Shown here: positions 1-9,705 of the stretch, one piece after another
How the letters are laid out: every line of letters starts with the position of its first letter
Position numbering within the stretch: the stretch's first letter is position 1
Sequence record: MK308676.1
Reading direction: 5' to 3' (one strand)
DNA: 64,000 nt
Notes under the pieces: generated by a model
What the model was told of the DNA's origin: nothing
Database searches by the model: none
The model's input: the letters and a program-made list of their open reading frames with translations, nothing else
Position numbers and translations under genes: made by a program

Positions 1-352
1 CCAGCGTATGGGCACTATTAGGAAGGTTACGAATAATCCACTGCTGTTTAGTCGACTTGGCTAACGTAGGGTTCGGATATAGGCCGAAAGCCGTTAACCA
101 ACCTAAAGTAAAGAAACCTTGCGCTTCTAGAGAAAGCTGACTTTCCCATAGCTCTTTAAAGCCGGGTAAGATTTCTAGATGTTTAAAAGCGCTTGGGTTT
201 TCAGCATAGTAATGCTGCATGATTTCTTGACGCTCTTCAGGAGACTTGTCGTTGAATTCTCGGATGTTCTCGTAGCCGTAACGTTCGCAGACGGGACCTC
301 GCCAGTTACAAGCGAATTCGTCCATGTCATTAAGTAGTAGAATCTTTTTCAT
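1..352 (-). CDS. HAD-family 5'(3')-deoxyribonucleotidase-like protein, truncated by window edge
   Basis: Not in the ORF track. Manual translation from ATG at 352 (overlapping the TAA of the upstream gene) gives MKKILLLNDMDEFACNW...FKHLEILPGFKELW...GWLTA...AKSTKQQWIIRNLP, open to base 1. N-terminal DxD motif, L-x-x-x-PG and TA...K..W pattern fit NT5C-like HADs. Confidence 0.6.
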   Translation of the reverse strand, partial: MKKILLLNDMDEFACNWRGPVCERYGYENIREFNDKSPEERQEIMQHYYAENPSAFKHLEILPGFKELWESQLSLEAQGFFTLGWLTAFGLYPNPTLAKSTKQQWIIRNLPNSAHTL

Positions 353-1035
353 TACATCGTCTCTATTTTGATTTTGTAACCGATGGAGTTCAATAACTTC
401 TGCATGTCGTCAAAAGTAATCTTACCGCCGGTTGCTGCCGTAGACACAGCCGCTGCTGTTAGTCCACTTTTAAAGGATAGGTCTTCTTCAGTTAAGTTCC
501 GTTCATCCATGTAATCTTTTAAATGAATCGAAAGCTCGTCTGACGAAGACTTGTATGTCTTAGGTAGTTGAATATCTAGGTAGTAGCCATAATATGCCAT
601 GTATTGCATTGCAGATACAAAGGCCTTAGTTGGACCATAACCTAGAAGATGATGGAACGTATTCTCAGAGATACCATAAGCAGGGACATCCCGATACGTT
701 AGCTCTGAAGTCTTGGAAAGCTCTCGGATAACAGAAGGCGTTAACCAATCGCAGTTCCAACTAAGTTCCGCACCTAAGTGATTGAGTAGCCCGTCAGGAA
801 TTACCCAACATGTCATCTTAAGTCCTAAGGTACTAAAGAAGCGAAGCATTCGAGGCACTTGCTTATCGAAGCTTTTATTCTTCTCAAACTTATAGACCGC
901 ACCTTCTGTGTGGCCCATAAGTTTACTAAGGCGTGTAGCAGCAATTCCTCGCTCCAACCGCCTTTCCTTTAGACGTTCTGACGTCAGGTAGTTCCAAGGG
1001 ACCTTTTCTTCCAGTAGGACGCCTTGGAGTTTCAT
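352..1035 (-). CDS. Multi-HTH (XRE-like) DNA-binding protein
   Basis: LKERRLERGIAATRLSKLMGHTEGAVYKFEK and LKDYMDERNLTEEDLSFKSGLTAAAVS are XRE-like HTHs; a possible third lies centrally. Start moved to ATG 1035 (GGAG RBS). Confidence 0.65.
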   Translation of the reverse strand: MKLQGVLLEEKVPWNYLTSERLKERRLERGIAATRLSKLMGHTEGAVYKFEKNKSFDKQVPRMLRFFSTLGLKMTCWVIPDGLLNHLGAELSWNCDWLTPSVIRELSKTSELTYRDVPAYGISENTFHHLLGYGPTKAFVSAMQYMAYYGYYLDIQLPKTYKSSSDELSIHLKDYMDERNLTEEDLSFKSGLTAAAVSTAATGGKITFDDMQKLLNSIGYKIKIETM

Positions 1036-1037
1036 AC

Positions 1038-1475
1038 CTATAGCTCCACGTCGCACTCAGGAGCAAGAGAGCGCATGTTAGAGGCGTTCTCTACTAAGTG
1101 TAGTACGTTCTCCTCAGTAACAGCGAACTTAAGGTTCACGTCCTTTTGGAGAGGCTTATAGAAGCAAGGAACGACTACGTTCACGATGCCGCCATACGGT
1201 ACAGTGATTTCGTCGGTGCCGAGCTCACTATAAATCTGCGTACGCAGTAACGTCTCGCCAAACAACTGGTCAGACGCAATAATGTCCGAGTTAGGCAAGT
1301 AGATAACTAACGGCCAAAACAGGTAGTTTTTATCTTGCGAGTCTAACCAAGCTGCCATAGGCTGATTGCTTTCACTCTTATACTCAACGGTCTCCGTCAG
1401 TACTTTCATGAAGGCATTCATTTTGTGGGACTTAACGTGCACCACTAACGTTTCAAACGGATTAGATAAAGCCAC
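1038..1475 (-). CDS. Hypothetical protein
   Basis: ORF; GTG at 1475 follows a GGAGG RBS just after the upstream stop. Confidence 0.7.
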   Translation of the reverse strand: MALSNPFETLVVHVKSHKMNAFMKVLTETVEYKSESNQPMAAWLDSQDKNYLFWPLVIYLPNSDIIASDQLFGETLLRTQIYSELGTDEITVPYGGIVNVVVPCFYKPLQKDVNLKFAVTEENVLHLVENASNMRSLAPECDVEL

Positions 1476-1485
1476 AGAGGCCTCC

Positions 1486-2976
1486 TTATTTCTTCTTGCG
1501 GTTTGCTTTACGTCCTTGCTTGCTTTTAGCGCGGGACTTCTTAATTGCTGCACGAGAGCGCTTATGTGGGTTTACTTCCAAACCCATTGCGTCGTTCTGT
1601 GCTTTCTTCTCATCTTCCCATGGTTTAGGGGCAACATGTGAATAGGTCCACTGAGGACGACTAAAGAGAGGGTCACGGAAGAAGTTCTCGTCTCCCGTAG
1701 GGCAGATAGCCCATGGGCCAACATCTACGTCTGGTAGTAAATCGTCAACCATGGATTTGCAGCCAGGAGTCAGCGCCACGGTCGGATTAGCCATCATAGA
1801 AGCAGTAGCCAAAGCCATCGCCGTCTTCATGCTCATTCCGCCAGAGTTAACGCGTCCTCCGCGAGGAATGAAACCTACCGCGGTTGAACCGATTTCTCCT
1901 ACTAGGGCTTGGGCTACTTCTGGAAGAATGCCTTTCTCCGTAAGAACGCCAACTCGACTACTAAACTCAGCAGCTTTCATTTCACTTACGGTTCTTGCTG
2001 CCTCGTCGATTAACTCAAAGACTTTGTCCGCCGGCGTATCTTCCTCGATGGTGCAAGTAACGTCAGAAGAGACTTGAGCTAAAAGCATGCTCTTGATATC
2101 GCCGTCTTGAAGCCCGTCTTCTTCGATAACGCCTGCTGCCTTTAACTTCTTACGGCGAGTAAGCTGCTCGTCGATTAATTTAGCAATCGGGGTAGCGGGT
2201 ACTGCGGAGTCTCTTACTTGGTAGCTTGATAGCGAATCGATAACGATAGGACGATTGCGTTCGTTCTCTACCACAGACAGTTCAGGAGCTGGAGTTCTAG
2301 CAATGTCAGCAGTGTTCCATTTCACATCAACTGGGAAAGGAACATAGTGTTTAGTCAGTTGCTCCTTCATTTCTTTTATGGCATTGCGGACCATGAAGTA
2401 AGCGTCATTGGAAATTACAATGTCGCCTGCGGTACGGTGAGTGCGCACGGCATTATTGGCATTGTCTTGACCTTCAGGGCGATATAGGTCTTCGTCGCCG
2501 ACGGCTTCGCTGGATAGCCAGTCCAAGTCCCACTTGCCCTTATCAAAAGTGGCACCGTTCAGCTCAAAGGAAAGTTCCGTGCCTTTGCGGTAAGCCATAT
2601 GAAAGCGCCCGTCGTCAAACATCGCTCCGTCTTCAATAAAGAAGACAACGAAGTCTGACGCAATCTCATCTAAGAAAAGCACTAAATGAGAAACTTCCAT
2701 GAACCTTCCGCTATACGTACTGTAGAGAACAGTGTCGACCATGCTAGGCGTCACGGTTCCCAGGAACTTCCCTAAATGTGTACACGCCATCATGCCTTGG
2801 CTAAGCTCGTCAAAGCAAGCCCAATCTAAGTCGCCCAAGTACTTAGCTTTATGCTCTAGCCACTCATTAGCATCTAGAATTTCTTTCGTAGTCCAGCCCG
2901 CTACCAACGCTTGAACAATCTGCAAATATTCCGGTTTGATTTGTGCCTTTACAACAGCACCGTTTCTTGTACCCAT
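1486..2976 (-). CDS. Hypothetical protein with highly basic C-terminal tail
   Basis: 496-aa ORF with RBS; ends KRSRAAIKKSRAKSKQGRKANRKKK. Confidence 0.8.
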   Translation of the reverse strand: MGTRNGAVVKAQIKPEYLQIVQALVAGWTTKEILDANEWLEHKAKYLGDLDWACFDELSQGMMACTHLGKFLGTVTPSMVDTVLYSTYSGRFMEVSHLVLFLDEIASDFVVFFIEDGAMFDDGRFHMAYRKGTELSFELNGATFDKGKWDLDWLSSEAVGDEDLYRPEGQDNANNAVRTHRTAGDIVISNDAYFMVRNAIKEMKEQLTKHYVPFPVDVKWNTADIARTPAPELSVVENERNRPIVIDSLSSYQVRDSAVPATPIAKLIDEQLTRRKKLKAAGVIEEDGLQDGDIKSMLLAQVSSDVTCTIEEDTPADKVFELIDEAARTVSEMKAAEFSSRVGVLTEKGILPEVAQALVGEIGSTAVGFIPRGGRVNSGGMSMKTAMALATASMMANPTVALTPGCKSMVDDLLPDVDVGPWAICPTGDENFFRDPLFSRPQWTYSHVAPKPWEDEKKAQNDAMGLEVNPHKRSRAAIKKSRAKSKQGRKANRKKK

Positions 2977-3008
2977 AACGGTATCCTCTTTAAACAGTAA
3001 TAAGAAAA

Positions 3009-3034
3009 CTCTCTCCTACCTAAGTAGGAGAGAG
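3009..3034. terminator. Intrinsic terminator hairpin
   Basis: CTCTCTCCTAC-CTAA-GTAGGAGAGAG, perfect 11-bp stem; gives a U-tract on the minus strand. Confidence 0.75.
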
Positions 3035-3049
3035 CATTAGTTTGAACAA

Positions 3050-3562
3050 TTATATTTGCACTCGGTCTTCGATGTTGTACCAACGGTACATCTCTTTCGT
3101 CGTTAACTGAATGCGGGTGAGCTTACGTAGTTCCTTTTCCACTGCTTCTTCCCAGTTGTCTCCGTTACAAGTAAGGAATAGACGTTTAGGGTCTAGGTTA
3201 CGTTTAAGACCACGAACTTCAATGTAAGTGACCGTTTCCCATGGAAGGACAACTGTGTATGGCGGAATGCGTCGGTCTTCGGATTCGTAGTACTCGATGG
3301 TTACGTGTACGCCGTCATCTTTGATTTCAGATTCCGTAATAAGGAAAAGGTGGTCCACGCGGTTGGCCTTATAAGGGAACGCGTAGAAGTTTTGTCCGTC
3401 TTCTGTCGAAAAGAAGCTACGTCTTACGTGCTCTTCCCATTCGGTTGACATAAGACCACAAACCCAGCGAGCTTCTAGATTGTACTTGTCAATCATAGCG
3501 GCTACTTTCTGAGCAACTTCTTTATGTTGAATGCCGTGAGGCAGGTATTCGGTATCAGACAT
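3050..3562 (-). CDS. Hypothetical protein
   Basis: 170-aa ORF in an overlapping minus-strand operon. Confidence 0.75.
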   Translation of the reverse strand: MSDTEYLPHGIQHKEVAQKVAAMIDKYNLEARWVCGLMSTEWEEHVRRSFFSTEDGQNFYAFPYKANRVDHLFLITESEIKDDGVHVTIEYYESEDRRIPPYTVVLPWETVTYIEVRGLKRNLDPKRLFLTCNGDNWEEAVEKELRKLTRIQLTTKEMYRWYNIEDRVQI

Positions 3563-4430
3563 TATCGCGCTTCTTATTGTAAACGTGGATGGAATCGAAG
3601 CGACTAGCTTCGCCGTGTAGGTCGACTAGTAGATTTAGCTGACCTGTTAGGAACGCAATTTCGAAGAGGTTAGTTTCTTCACGGTTGACTGCGTCGTTAA
3701 GCTTCTTAGCCATCACGCCACAATCGAATGTATCGTTGCTACCAACTGTCTCTTCTTTAAGTTCCCAGCCTAGAGTGCCGGTGACGAACTCAACAAGCTC
3801 TGTCGCGGTCTGCATAGAGCAGATGCCAATAGAAGCTAAAGTTTCCAGGGCCGAATTAGAAACCACTTTAGCTGGCTCATCATCGTTACCTTTCATCTTT
3901 TCACGTTCGGCCTGTTCCCATGCTTCTTTACGCTCATGGAAAGCTTTCTCGTCGACTTGGTCATAGCCACCACGGTCGTTCTTAACGTAGTACTGAGGCC
4001 CTACAGGAGATTCCTGAACAACGAAATGACCAGGCGGTTCAACTGGTTTGTACTCAGCAATTGCTTCTTCAAGACCAGGAATCTCGATGTCTGGTTTCTT
4101 TGACTCTTCCTTTTCTACGGCCGGTTCAGCAGGAATAGCTGCTTGAAGCGGTGGAGCATTACGGATATAGTCCCGCTCAATCTCGAGCAGTACATCTTTA
4201 ATGTTCTTAGCTACACGGTCGCGGATGTTGTGAATGGTATCCGGCTCGATAGTAGCTTTGTAGTTACCATAGTCACGCTCGATGCGCGCCTGACCGCTTG
4301 GCACTTCTTTGTCACGGTCGTCAAAGGTAACCTTAACAGAGAAGCCGTCATAACGACTAAAGACAGCCTTAAGGGCCGGAACATGTTTCGACTCAGTATA
4401 GACGGTCAACGGAATTAAATCATTAGTCAC
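3555..4430 (-). CDS. Hypothetical protein
   Basis: 291-aa ORF with acidic/Pro-rich linker. Confidence 0.75.
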   Translation of the reverse strand: MTNDLIPLTVYTESKHVPALKAVFSRYDGFSVKVTFDDRDKEVPSGQARIERDYGNYKATIEPDTIHNIRDRVAKNIKDVLLEIERDYIRNAPPLQAAIPAEPAVEKEESKKPDIEIPGLEEAIAEYKPVEPPGHFVVQESPVGPQYYVKNDRGGYDQVDEKAFHERKEAWEQAEREKMKGNDDEPAKVVSNSALETLASIGICSMQTATELVEFVTGTLGWELKEETVGSNDTFDCGVMAKKLNDAVNREETNLFEIAFLTGQLNLLVDLHGEASRFDSIHVYNKKRDNV

Positions 4431-4432
4431 GA

Positions 4433-4900
4433 TTAGTCTCCTTTTATCTGGATATTTTGGTCAACGTCAACTAACACTAACGTTTCCCGGAAAGTTTTCT
4501 TATTAATACGGATATCCTTCTTCTCTGATTTCATAGAGAAATAGAAATGAAGGCTCTCGTCACATAATGCGATAGCTTCGTCAATATTAACTAGCTTCAC
4601 GTAGACGCCCATAATGCCTAGACCTTCGTCCTTAGCGCGAAGATACAGATGGCGAGTGATGCGGTATTGGTCTTCGTATTCCAGAGGACGTACTTCCGCT
4701 TTAATGTTCTGTACCAGATTGTGGTCAGAGCTAAAGTGTCCGTCTTCAAAACTATTAAAGAGTTTATAGGTCGGACTTTCATTTACGCTGTCAGTAACAA
4801 AGACGCCCTCTTCTAGAAGAATCCACGAAGCACCTGTGCGCTTAGCTTCTTCTAGTTTAAAGCGTGTTACTGAATATACTACTTCTTTCGTCTCTTGCAT
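4433..4900 (-). CDS. Hypothetical protein
   Basis: 155-aa ORF coupled to its neighbours. Confidence 0.7.
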   Translation of the reverse strand: MQETKEVVYSVTRFKLEEAKRTGASWILLEEGVFVTDSVNESPTYKLFNSFEDGHFSSDHNLVQNIKAEVRPLEYEDQYRITRHLYLRAKDEGLGIMGVYVKLVNIDEAIALCDESLHFYFSMKSEKKDIRINKKTFRETLVLVDVDQNIQIKGD

Positions 4901-5166
4901 TTCTTATGTACCAAATTATCGTCCCCGAAGAACTTACCGAACGGATGCCATGCCACTGGCTTAGTGAGTTCGTTTGTATCGATGCGCGGGATAGCATGTG
5001 CTCTTAAGCACTCAGCGGTGAAATTACCTATGCTAGGTGCTGCTCCCAAAACAACGACACGTTTCTTTGTTTCTTCAGGTAGGGTTTCTATTAGTTCTCT
5101 GGCACGCTCTTGAATCTCTTCATCCTCGAGGTGCAGAAGTATATCTTCTACTTTAGTCTCAATCAT
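4879..5166 (-). CDS. Hypothetical protein
   Basis: 95-aa ORF with RBS (GGGAG). Confidence 0.65.
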   Translation of the reverse strand: MIETKVEDILLHLEDEEIQERARELIETLPEETKKRVVVLGAAPSIGNFTAECLRAHAIPRIDTNELTKPVAWHPFGKFFGDDNLVHKKCKRRKK

Positions 5167-5227
5167 TGGGAACTCCCAAAAACTAATTAAAAATAGTAGA
5201 GATAGCCGTAGCCATCTCTAAGTAAGT

Positions 5228-5692
5228 TTATTCTGTGCCGTCGTCCGGATAACCCAAAATAGCTATCGACTGGATATCAGCATTCGCATAGTCATAGTCG
5301 ATGCCTATACATATGTCGCCGTCCGTTCTAACAGTACGGTCAACTTCCATCTCGATTTCAATGACCATGCCTAATCCTTCATGAGCGAACTGCGGGTAAC
5401 CTTCCACATGTAACTTAAAAACATGAGTAGTGTGTCGCGTCACAATGCGGTCGATGAGACTCGAAGCCCATGGGAACTTCTCGACCTTAACGTCAAGAAG
5501 CTTAATGTCTGTTTCATCCTGTTGTAGTTCCAGTAATTCCTCTTTCGGAAGTGCCTGTAAGCGTTCTAGAATCGCACGGTGTGTTTCATCTAGAGACGGC
5601 TCGGCGATAATAGGAGCCATGCGCTGAGCGTGGAGCCATAGGGTTTGTCCTCCGATTTTGCAAGAGTGACGGATTTTAATTTTTTCGTTCAT
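5228..5692 (-). CDS. Hypothetical protein
   Basis: 154-aa ORF, GAGGA RBS. Confidence 0.7.
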   Translation of the reverse strand: MNEKIKIRHSCKIGGQTLWLHAQRMAPIIAEPSLDETHRAILERLQALPKEELLELQQDETDIKLLDVKVEKFPWASSLIDRIVTRHTTHVFKLHVEGYPQFAHEGLGMVIEIEMEVDRTVRTDGDICIGIDYDYANADIQSIAILGYPDDGTE

Positions 5693-5763
5693 TTTAGTTT
5701 CCTCGCTTTGAAAGGTTATAAAGATATAGTCTTAGGTTTTACCCTAAGACTATATAGGTTTAA

Positions 5764-6162
5764 TTATTTCTTAGTAGAGATGGTAACAGATGAAGGCTCA
5801 TTCCGCTTAGGCTGAGGAAGGTAGGTAATTTCACCGGTTTCCGATATAGTACCGCATAGGAAGCAAGAGACATTCTCGAATGTAAATTCTACATCCCAGT
5901 CTCCGTCCCATTCGGTATGGCGATAAGTGATTTTGGCTTTAGCCGACAGATGATACACGTGGTTGGTTAATAAAACTTTTTCCGCCAACGCCTCCAAGAT
6001 AACACGGTCGATTAAGTCACCTAGGACGTCTTCAGTGGCGTCCTTTTCTGTCAGATTTCCCACGATGGGAACCATAGATAAATCGACATGGCGCGCCACC
6101 AGGGGAGCTTCTTCATCTGTGCGTTCGGTATAGAACGTGGTCGCGAAATAAACTTCGGTCAT
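5764..6162 (-). CDS. Hypothetical protein
   Basis: Start moved to ATG 6162 (ATGA overlap with the upstream stop). Confidence 0.7.
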   Translation of the reverse strand: MTEVYFATTFYTERTDEEAPLVARHVDLSMVPIVGNLTEKDATEDVLGDLIDRVILEALAEKVLLTNHVYHLSAKAKITYRHTEWDGDWDVEFTFENVSCFLCGTISETGEITYLPQPKRNEPSSVTISTKK

Positions 6163-6470
6163 TGTTTTGTCCATCCTAAAGAACGAGCCAAAGCTAAGCA
6201 CTGGTATTTATCGTCGTGCACTGCGCAAAGCGTGAAGTGGGTGATAAGTTGAACTTTGCCTTGGATGTCGCGAAATGCTCCATGGCCATGCCAGTGGTTG
6301 TCTCGCTCAACCATACCGCCCGAATAGAAAAGACCACGGCCCTTTATATAAACCCAGAAACGAGTATAATGACGGCGAGTACGTGCATTAAACCATTCGG
6401 CTCCTTCTCCGAATACGTTGAAGAAGGTATTGACATTATGCTGAATCGGCGATTGTCGTTCGATACACAT
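6159..6470 (-). CDS. Hypothetical protein
   Basis: ATG 6470 after GGAG RBS. Confidence 0.6.
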   Translation of the reverse strand: MCIERQSPIQHNVNTFFNVFGEGAEWFNARTRRHYTRFWVYIKGRGLFYSGGMVERDNHWHGHGAFRDIQGKVQLITHFTLCAVHDDKYQCLALARSLGWTKQ

Positions 6471-6726
6471 CGGTGTTCTCCAGTTTTTCAAAAACATCAG
6501 ACTTAACTAAAAGCTTGCTAGGGCGAGAGAATAGAAAGTCAATGGAAGGTGTACGGACAGTAAACTTACCATCGGCGCGCTTAGACGCCGACGTAATGGT
6601 TTCCTCTGTAAAGACCGTGTCATACTTCGCTTCGAAGATAGTGGTCCCGATAGGCAACTTAAGTAAACTGTCTTCGTCAAGGGGGCGGAACGTATCCCAT
6701 TCCCCTTCTTCTAGTTTACGATACAT
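6436..6726 (-). CDS. Hypothetical protein
   Basis: 96-aa ORF directly after the upstream stop, GGAG RBS. Confidence 0.65.
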   Translation of the reverse strand: MYRKLEEGEWDTFRPLDEDSLLKLPIGTTIFEAKYDTVFTEETITSASKRADGKFTVRTPSIDFLFSRPSKLLVKSDVFEKLENTDVYRTTIADSA

Positions 6727-7380
6727 TTAAACTCCTGCTTTACTGTATAGTAGGTCGGTGAAGTTGTTTGGCTCAGGGCGCAGTACGTGAGGTTTAAGCT
6801 CAATACTAATCGGTTGAGTAATGATGATAACGCGCTTGTCGTCTTCAAACGCTTCCAGGGCTTGGCGAGGTTTGCTTTTCTCATGGCAGTAGTTTGCTAA
6901 CTCACTAAGCATGAAAGACTCTAGCGGAACGAACGGAGTATCACCTAGTTTGTAAAGGATACCCGCTGACAAGGTAGTGTCGCCCACAACCCATAGTGTC
7001 TTACCATCAGGCAGAACGATAGTGATGAATAGGTCAGCTGCGTACAAGCAGAACCAACTCTCGTAATCGCCAGGGTGGTCTTTAAGTAACTCTACTGTTG
7101 TAGACTGAACTGCAAAGTGATGTGCAGCAGCTTCTACCGCAGTGCCTTTCATGTAGGGTGCAAACGATACGGTTTCTTGGCAGTCTGACTCCAGAAGTAA
7201 ATCTAGGTCAAGTGTTACTTTCTCAGACGGGGCAAACTTAAAGCAGAAATCGGTAACTGCGCAGATAATAGTTTTAACAGAAGCCAGCACGTTAGAATTG
7301 GTTTGGTAACCTACTTCGTCATTTGCTGTAAATGGGACTGCGCCTTTGATTACTACTTCGTGTTTAGTTTTGTAAGACAT
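6727..7380 (-). CDS. Hypothetical protein
   Basis: 217-aa ORF, GGGAGAG RBS. Confidence 0.75.
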   Translation of the reverse strand: MSYKTKHEVVIKGAVPFTANDEVGYQTNSNVLASVKTIICAVTDFCFKFAPSEKVTLDLDLLLESDCQETVSFAPYMKGTAVEAAAHHFAVQSTTVELLKDHPGDYESWFCLYAADLFITIVLPDGKTLWVVGDTTLSAGILYKLGDTPFVPLESFMLSELANYCHEKSKPRQALEAFEDDKRVIIITQPISIELKPHVLRPEPNNFTDLLYSKAGV

Positions 7381-7391
7381 GATGTCTCTCC

Positions 7392-7946
7392 TTATAAATT
7401 GATGAATTTAAGAACACGTACTCGGTCGGATACATTTGTTAAACCGAGTACGTTAGGGTTTTTGCGAGAGCGACATTCGAAGGAACCAAGTCCTGCCAAA
7501 CGATAGCCCTCGCCCGTAATTAAAACCATTAGAAGAACATTTGCGAATGCCTCGCAGACCTTCTCTAGTTGACCGTATCGGATTGTCTCTGCAAAGACAG
7601 CCTTAGTCTTAGTGGAGACCATTTGAACGCGTATGCGGGCGCCTGAGTCTTTTGCGGCTTTAAACTTGTTAGTGACTTTAAACGCGACGGTAAAGGCTTC
7701 ACTGCTGGCCTCCTTGTCTTTTAAGTTTTGAGTGTTAAAAGTAGAGCGTCTAATTCGGAAAGAGCCCAGGTTAGGGAACTTGAGCTCGACGGCTTCTTTA
7801 GAAAGCTTCCAGTGTTTAAGTCTGTCAGTAAGAACCTTCAAAAAGTTCTTTGCTAACTTTTCAGCTACTAGCGGGTCTAAGTTGTGATTGATGACCATGT
7901 CTTTAGCCATCTTCGCAGCTAGAACGTCTTCACGGAATAATGTCAT
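7392..7946 (-). CDS. Tandem two-domain HU/IHF-like DNA-binding protein
   Basis: Two copies of the helix-helix plus LGSF beta-arm motif: ELKFPNLGSFRIRR...VAFKVTNKFK and EGYRLAGLGSFECRSRKNP...RVLKF. Confidence 0.6.
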   Translation of the reverse strand: MTLFREDVLAAKMAKDMVINHNLDPLVAEKLAKNFLKVLTDRLKHWKLSKEAVELKFPNLGSFRIRRSTFNTQNLKDKEASSEAFTVAFKVTNKFKAAKDSGARIRVQMVSTKTKAVFAETIRYGQLEKVCEAFANVLLMVLITGEGYRLAGLGSFECRSRKNPNVLGLTNVSDRVRVLKFINL

Positions 7947-8349
7947 TAATTTTCTCTACGTGGATTTTAAGTTCAGGCAAAGCCTGGATGGTGCCGTCTT
8001 TAGTGGCCAGTTCTGCTTGGACTTCAATGTTGGTAAGCTTAGAGCGGTCTAAACCGTAGGGTAAAGACGCCCACACGAATACCGTTCGTTGATTGCCTTC
8101 TTCTAAGCAAGCCAAGCCAGTCCCAGTAGATACCAAGACTCCTTGGTCAGTTACCCACTGTAACATAATGGACGAGCGGGAACAGTACATGTCCAGCCAT
8201 TCCTTTTGTTGCTCATAAGCAGATAATTGAGGCGTTGCGTATTTATCTTCCGCGGGAACACTAAATAAAGGAAGCCCATAAGTGGTCTCGATGGGATTAC
8301 GCATTACTCGGTTAAACGGCTGTCTACGCAGCAACTTTACAGTTTGCAT
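7930..8349 (-). CDS. Hypothetical protein
   Basis: 139-aa ORF in operon. Confidence 0.65.
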   Translation of the reverse strand: MQTVKLLRRQPFNRVMRNPIETTYGLPLFSVPAEDKYATPQLSAYEQQKEWLDMYCSRSSIMLQWVTDQGVLVSTGTGLACLEEGNQRTVFVWASLPYGLDRSKLTNIEVQAELATKDGTIQALPELKIHVEKINDIIP

Positions 8350-8584
8350 TTTGATTCTCCACTCGACTTAAGTCGATAATAGCTACGCTTTCGATTTGCT
8401 CAATGTAGTATGGCATTACGGAAGCAGAAAAGCCCATAGTGGTCGTAGCAGTCCAATTGCTAGGAACCACAACGCGACGACCGTTACGGTCTTGGGTGAT
8501 GACGGCAGGACTAGGGTTAATCCCGCCAATCCAGTTAATAAGACAAAGACCAACTGGTAGTTTTTCGAAGGTCTCGATGTTCAT
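8324..8584 (-). CDS. Hypothetical protein
   Basis: 86-aa ORF, TAATG coupling. Confidence 0.65.
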   Translation of the reverse strand: MNIETFEKLPVGLCLINWIGGINPSPAVITQDRNGRRVVVPSNWTATTTMGFSASVMPYYIEQIESVAIIDLSRVENQNANCKVAA

Positions 8585-8919
8585 TAGTCGATTACCTCTA
8601 GCTGAGATATCATGTATGGAAAGTTCATGCCTTTAGCACAGTGTTTAATGCGGTCGTCCTTAATGATAAGGATGTTCGCGGGGTAGCGGCAACCTGGCTC
8701 GAAACCACGGTCGCTCTCATTAAGGCTTTCAACACGACCAATCATGTCAGTGCCACGAATCTGTACGCGCTTATCTAAGTTAGTAGCGACCCAGCGTCTT
8801 GCGGCATCGGTAGGTCCACCTTCAACAGCACTGAAAAGCTTGTAAAGGTCAGCCGTAGCTTCAGGGTCTTTCTTGGCAGCGTCCAATAGTAGACCTGCTG
8901 TATTTTTATCCATTGACAT
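8584..8919 (-). CDS. Hypothetical protein
   Basis: 111-aa ORF, GGAG RBS. Confidence 0.65.
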   Translation of the reverse strand: MSMDKNTAGLLLDAAKKDPEATADLYKLFSAVEGGPTDAARRWVATNLDKRVQIRGTDMIGRVESLNESDRGFEPGCRYPANILIIKDDRIKHCAKGMNFPYMISQLEVID

Positions 8920-8982
8920 TTTTCTTCTCCGATTTTTAATAAAGGATAAGATGGATATCCGCAGATACCCATCTTGTTAGTT

Positions 8983-9705
8983 TTATTTTTCGCTTAAGCA
9001 AGCGGTTGTGTAGCGAGGCTCTTGCCAGACGTGCGACTTAAGCCATTTGCGGTTAGGCCAGAACTTATTGTTGGCGAACTGGTCGCCATCAACTACGTTC
9101 ACCCAGTAGTCTACGTCTTCGTGTACCACTTGGCGAATCTTAGTCATTACGCCTAGCTCGTCATACTTAGACTGCGTAAGTAGGCCGTCCATTTCAGTAG
9201 TATCGAACTTGGTTGCGTTAGCAGTATGTACGACTTCGATAGCTTTCTGGATGTGGATGCCCATTCCGCGAGCAAACTTGATGGAATGTAGCAGTAGGTC
9301 GTGAATGCGAACAATGGCTTCACTGTAACGATGTAACGTAAACAGCGTTTCAATGTCGCGAGCAATTTGGTACGAAACATGTGCTTCGTGCATGATTGCC
9401 TCTTCACCTTCTTCCAGCAAAGACTTCCATTCTGTACCTACGGCTTCTTTAGGTTTAACGATTGAAAAATCCGCTAGATAAAGAAGACCATAACAAACGA
9501 ACGCGGTATCTGGAATAGCATCCATTAGACCATGTTCCCCGTGGTAGTCCTTGTTCTTCACGGCTACAATTTGTTCATGTGCTTCTTCTACTAAACACGC
9601 AGCGTTCATTAAGACCGAATGGTGGTCCTGCCGTACGCCAGCAATTTTATTAATATCCGAAACCTTTTTGTAGTTCGCTTGATGCATTAGATAATAAGAC
9701 ATCAT
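8983..9705 (-). CDS. MazG-like / PRA-PH-like all-alpha NTP pyrophosphohydrolase
   Basis: LVEEAHEQ...LMDAIPDTAFVCYG...GI...EVVHTANATK matches the EExxE...D..D..Y/G...VH..N..K pattern of dimeric dUTPase/MazG-like enzymes. Confidence 0.65.
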   Translation of the reverse strand: MMSYYLMHQANYKKVSDINKIAGVRQDHHSVLMNAACLVEEAHEQIVAVKNKDYHGEHGLMDAIPDTAFVCYGLLYLADFSIVKPKEAVGTEWKSLLEEGEEAIMHEAHVSYQIARDIETLFTLHRYSEAIVRIHDLLLHSIKFARGMGIHIQKAIEVVHTANATKFDTTEMDGLLTQSKYDELGVMTKIRQVVHEDVDYWVNVVDGDQFANNKFWPNRKWLKSHVWQEPRYTTACLSEK

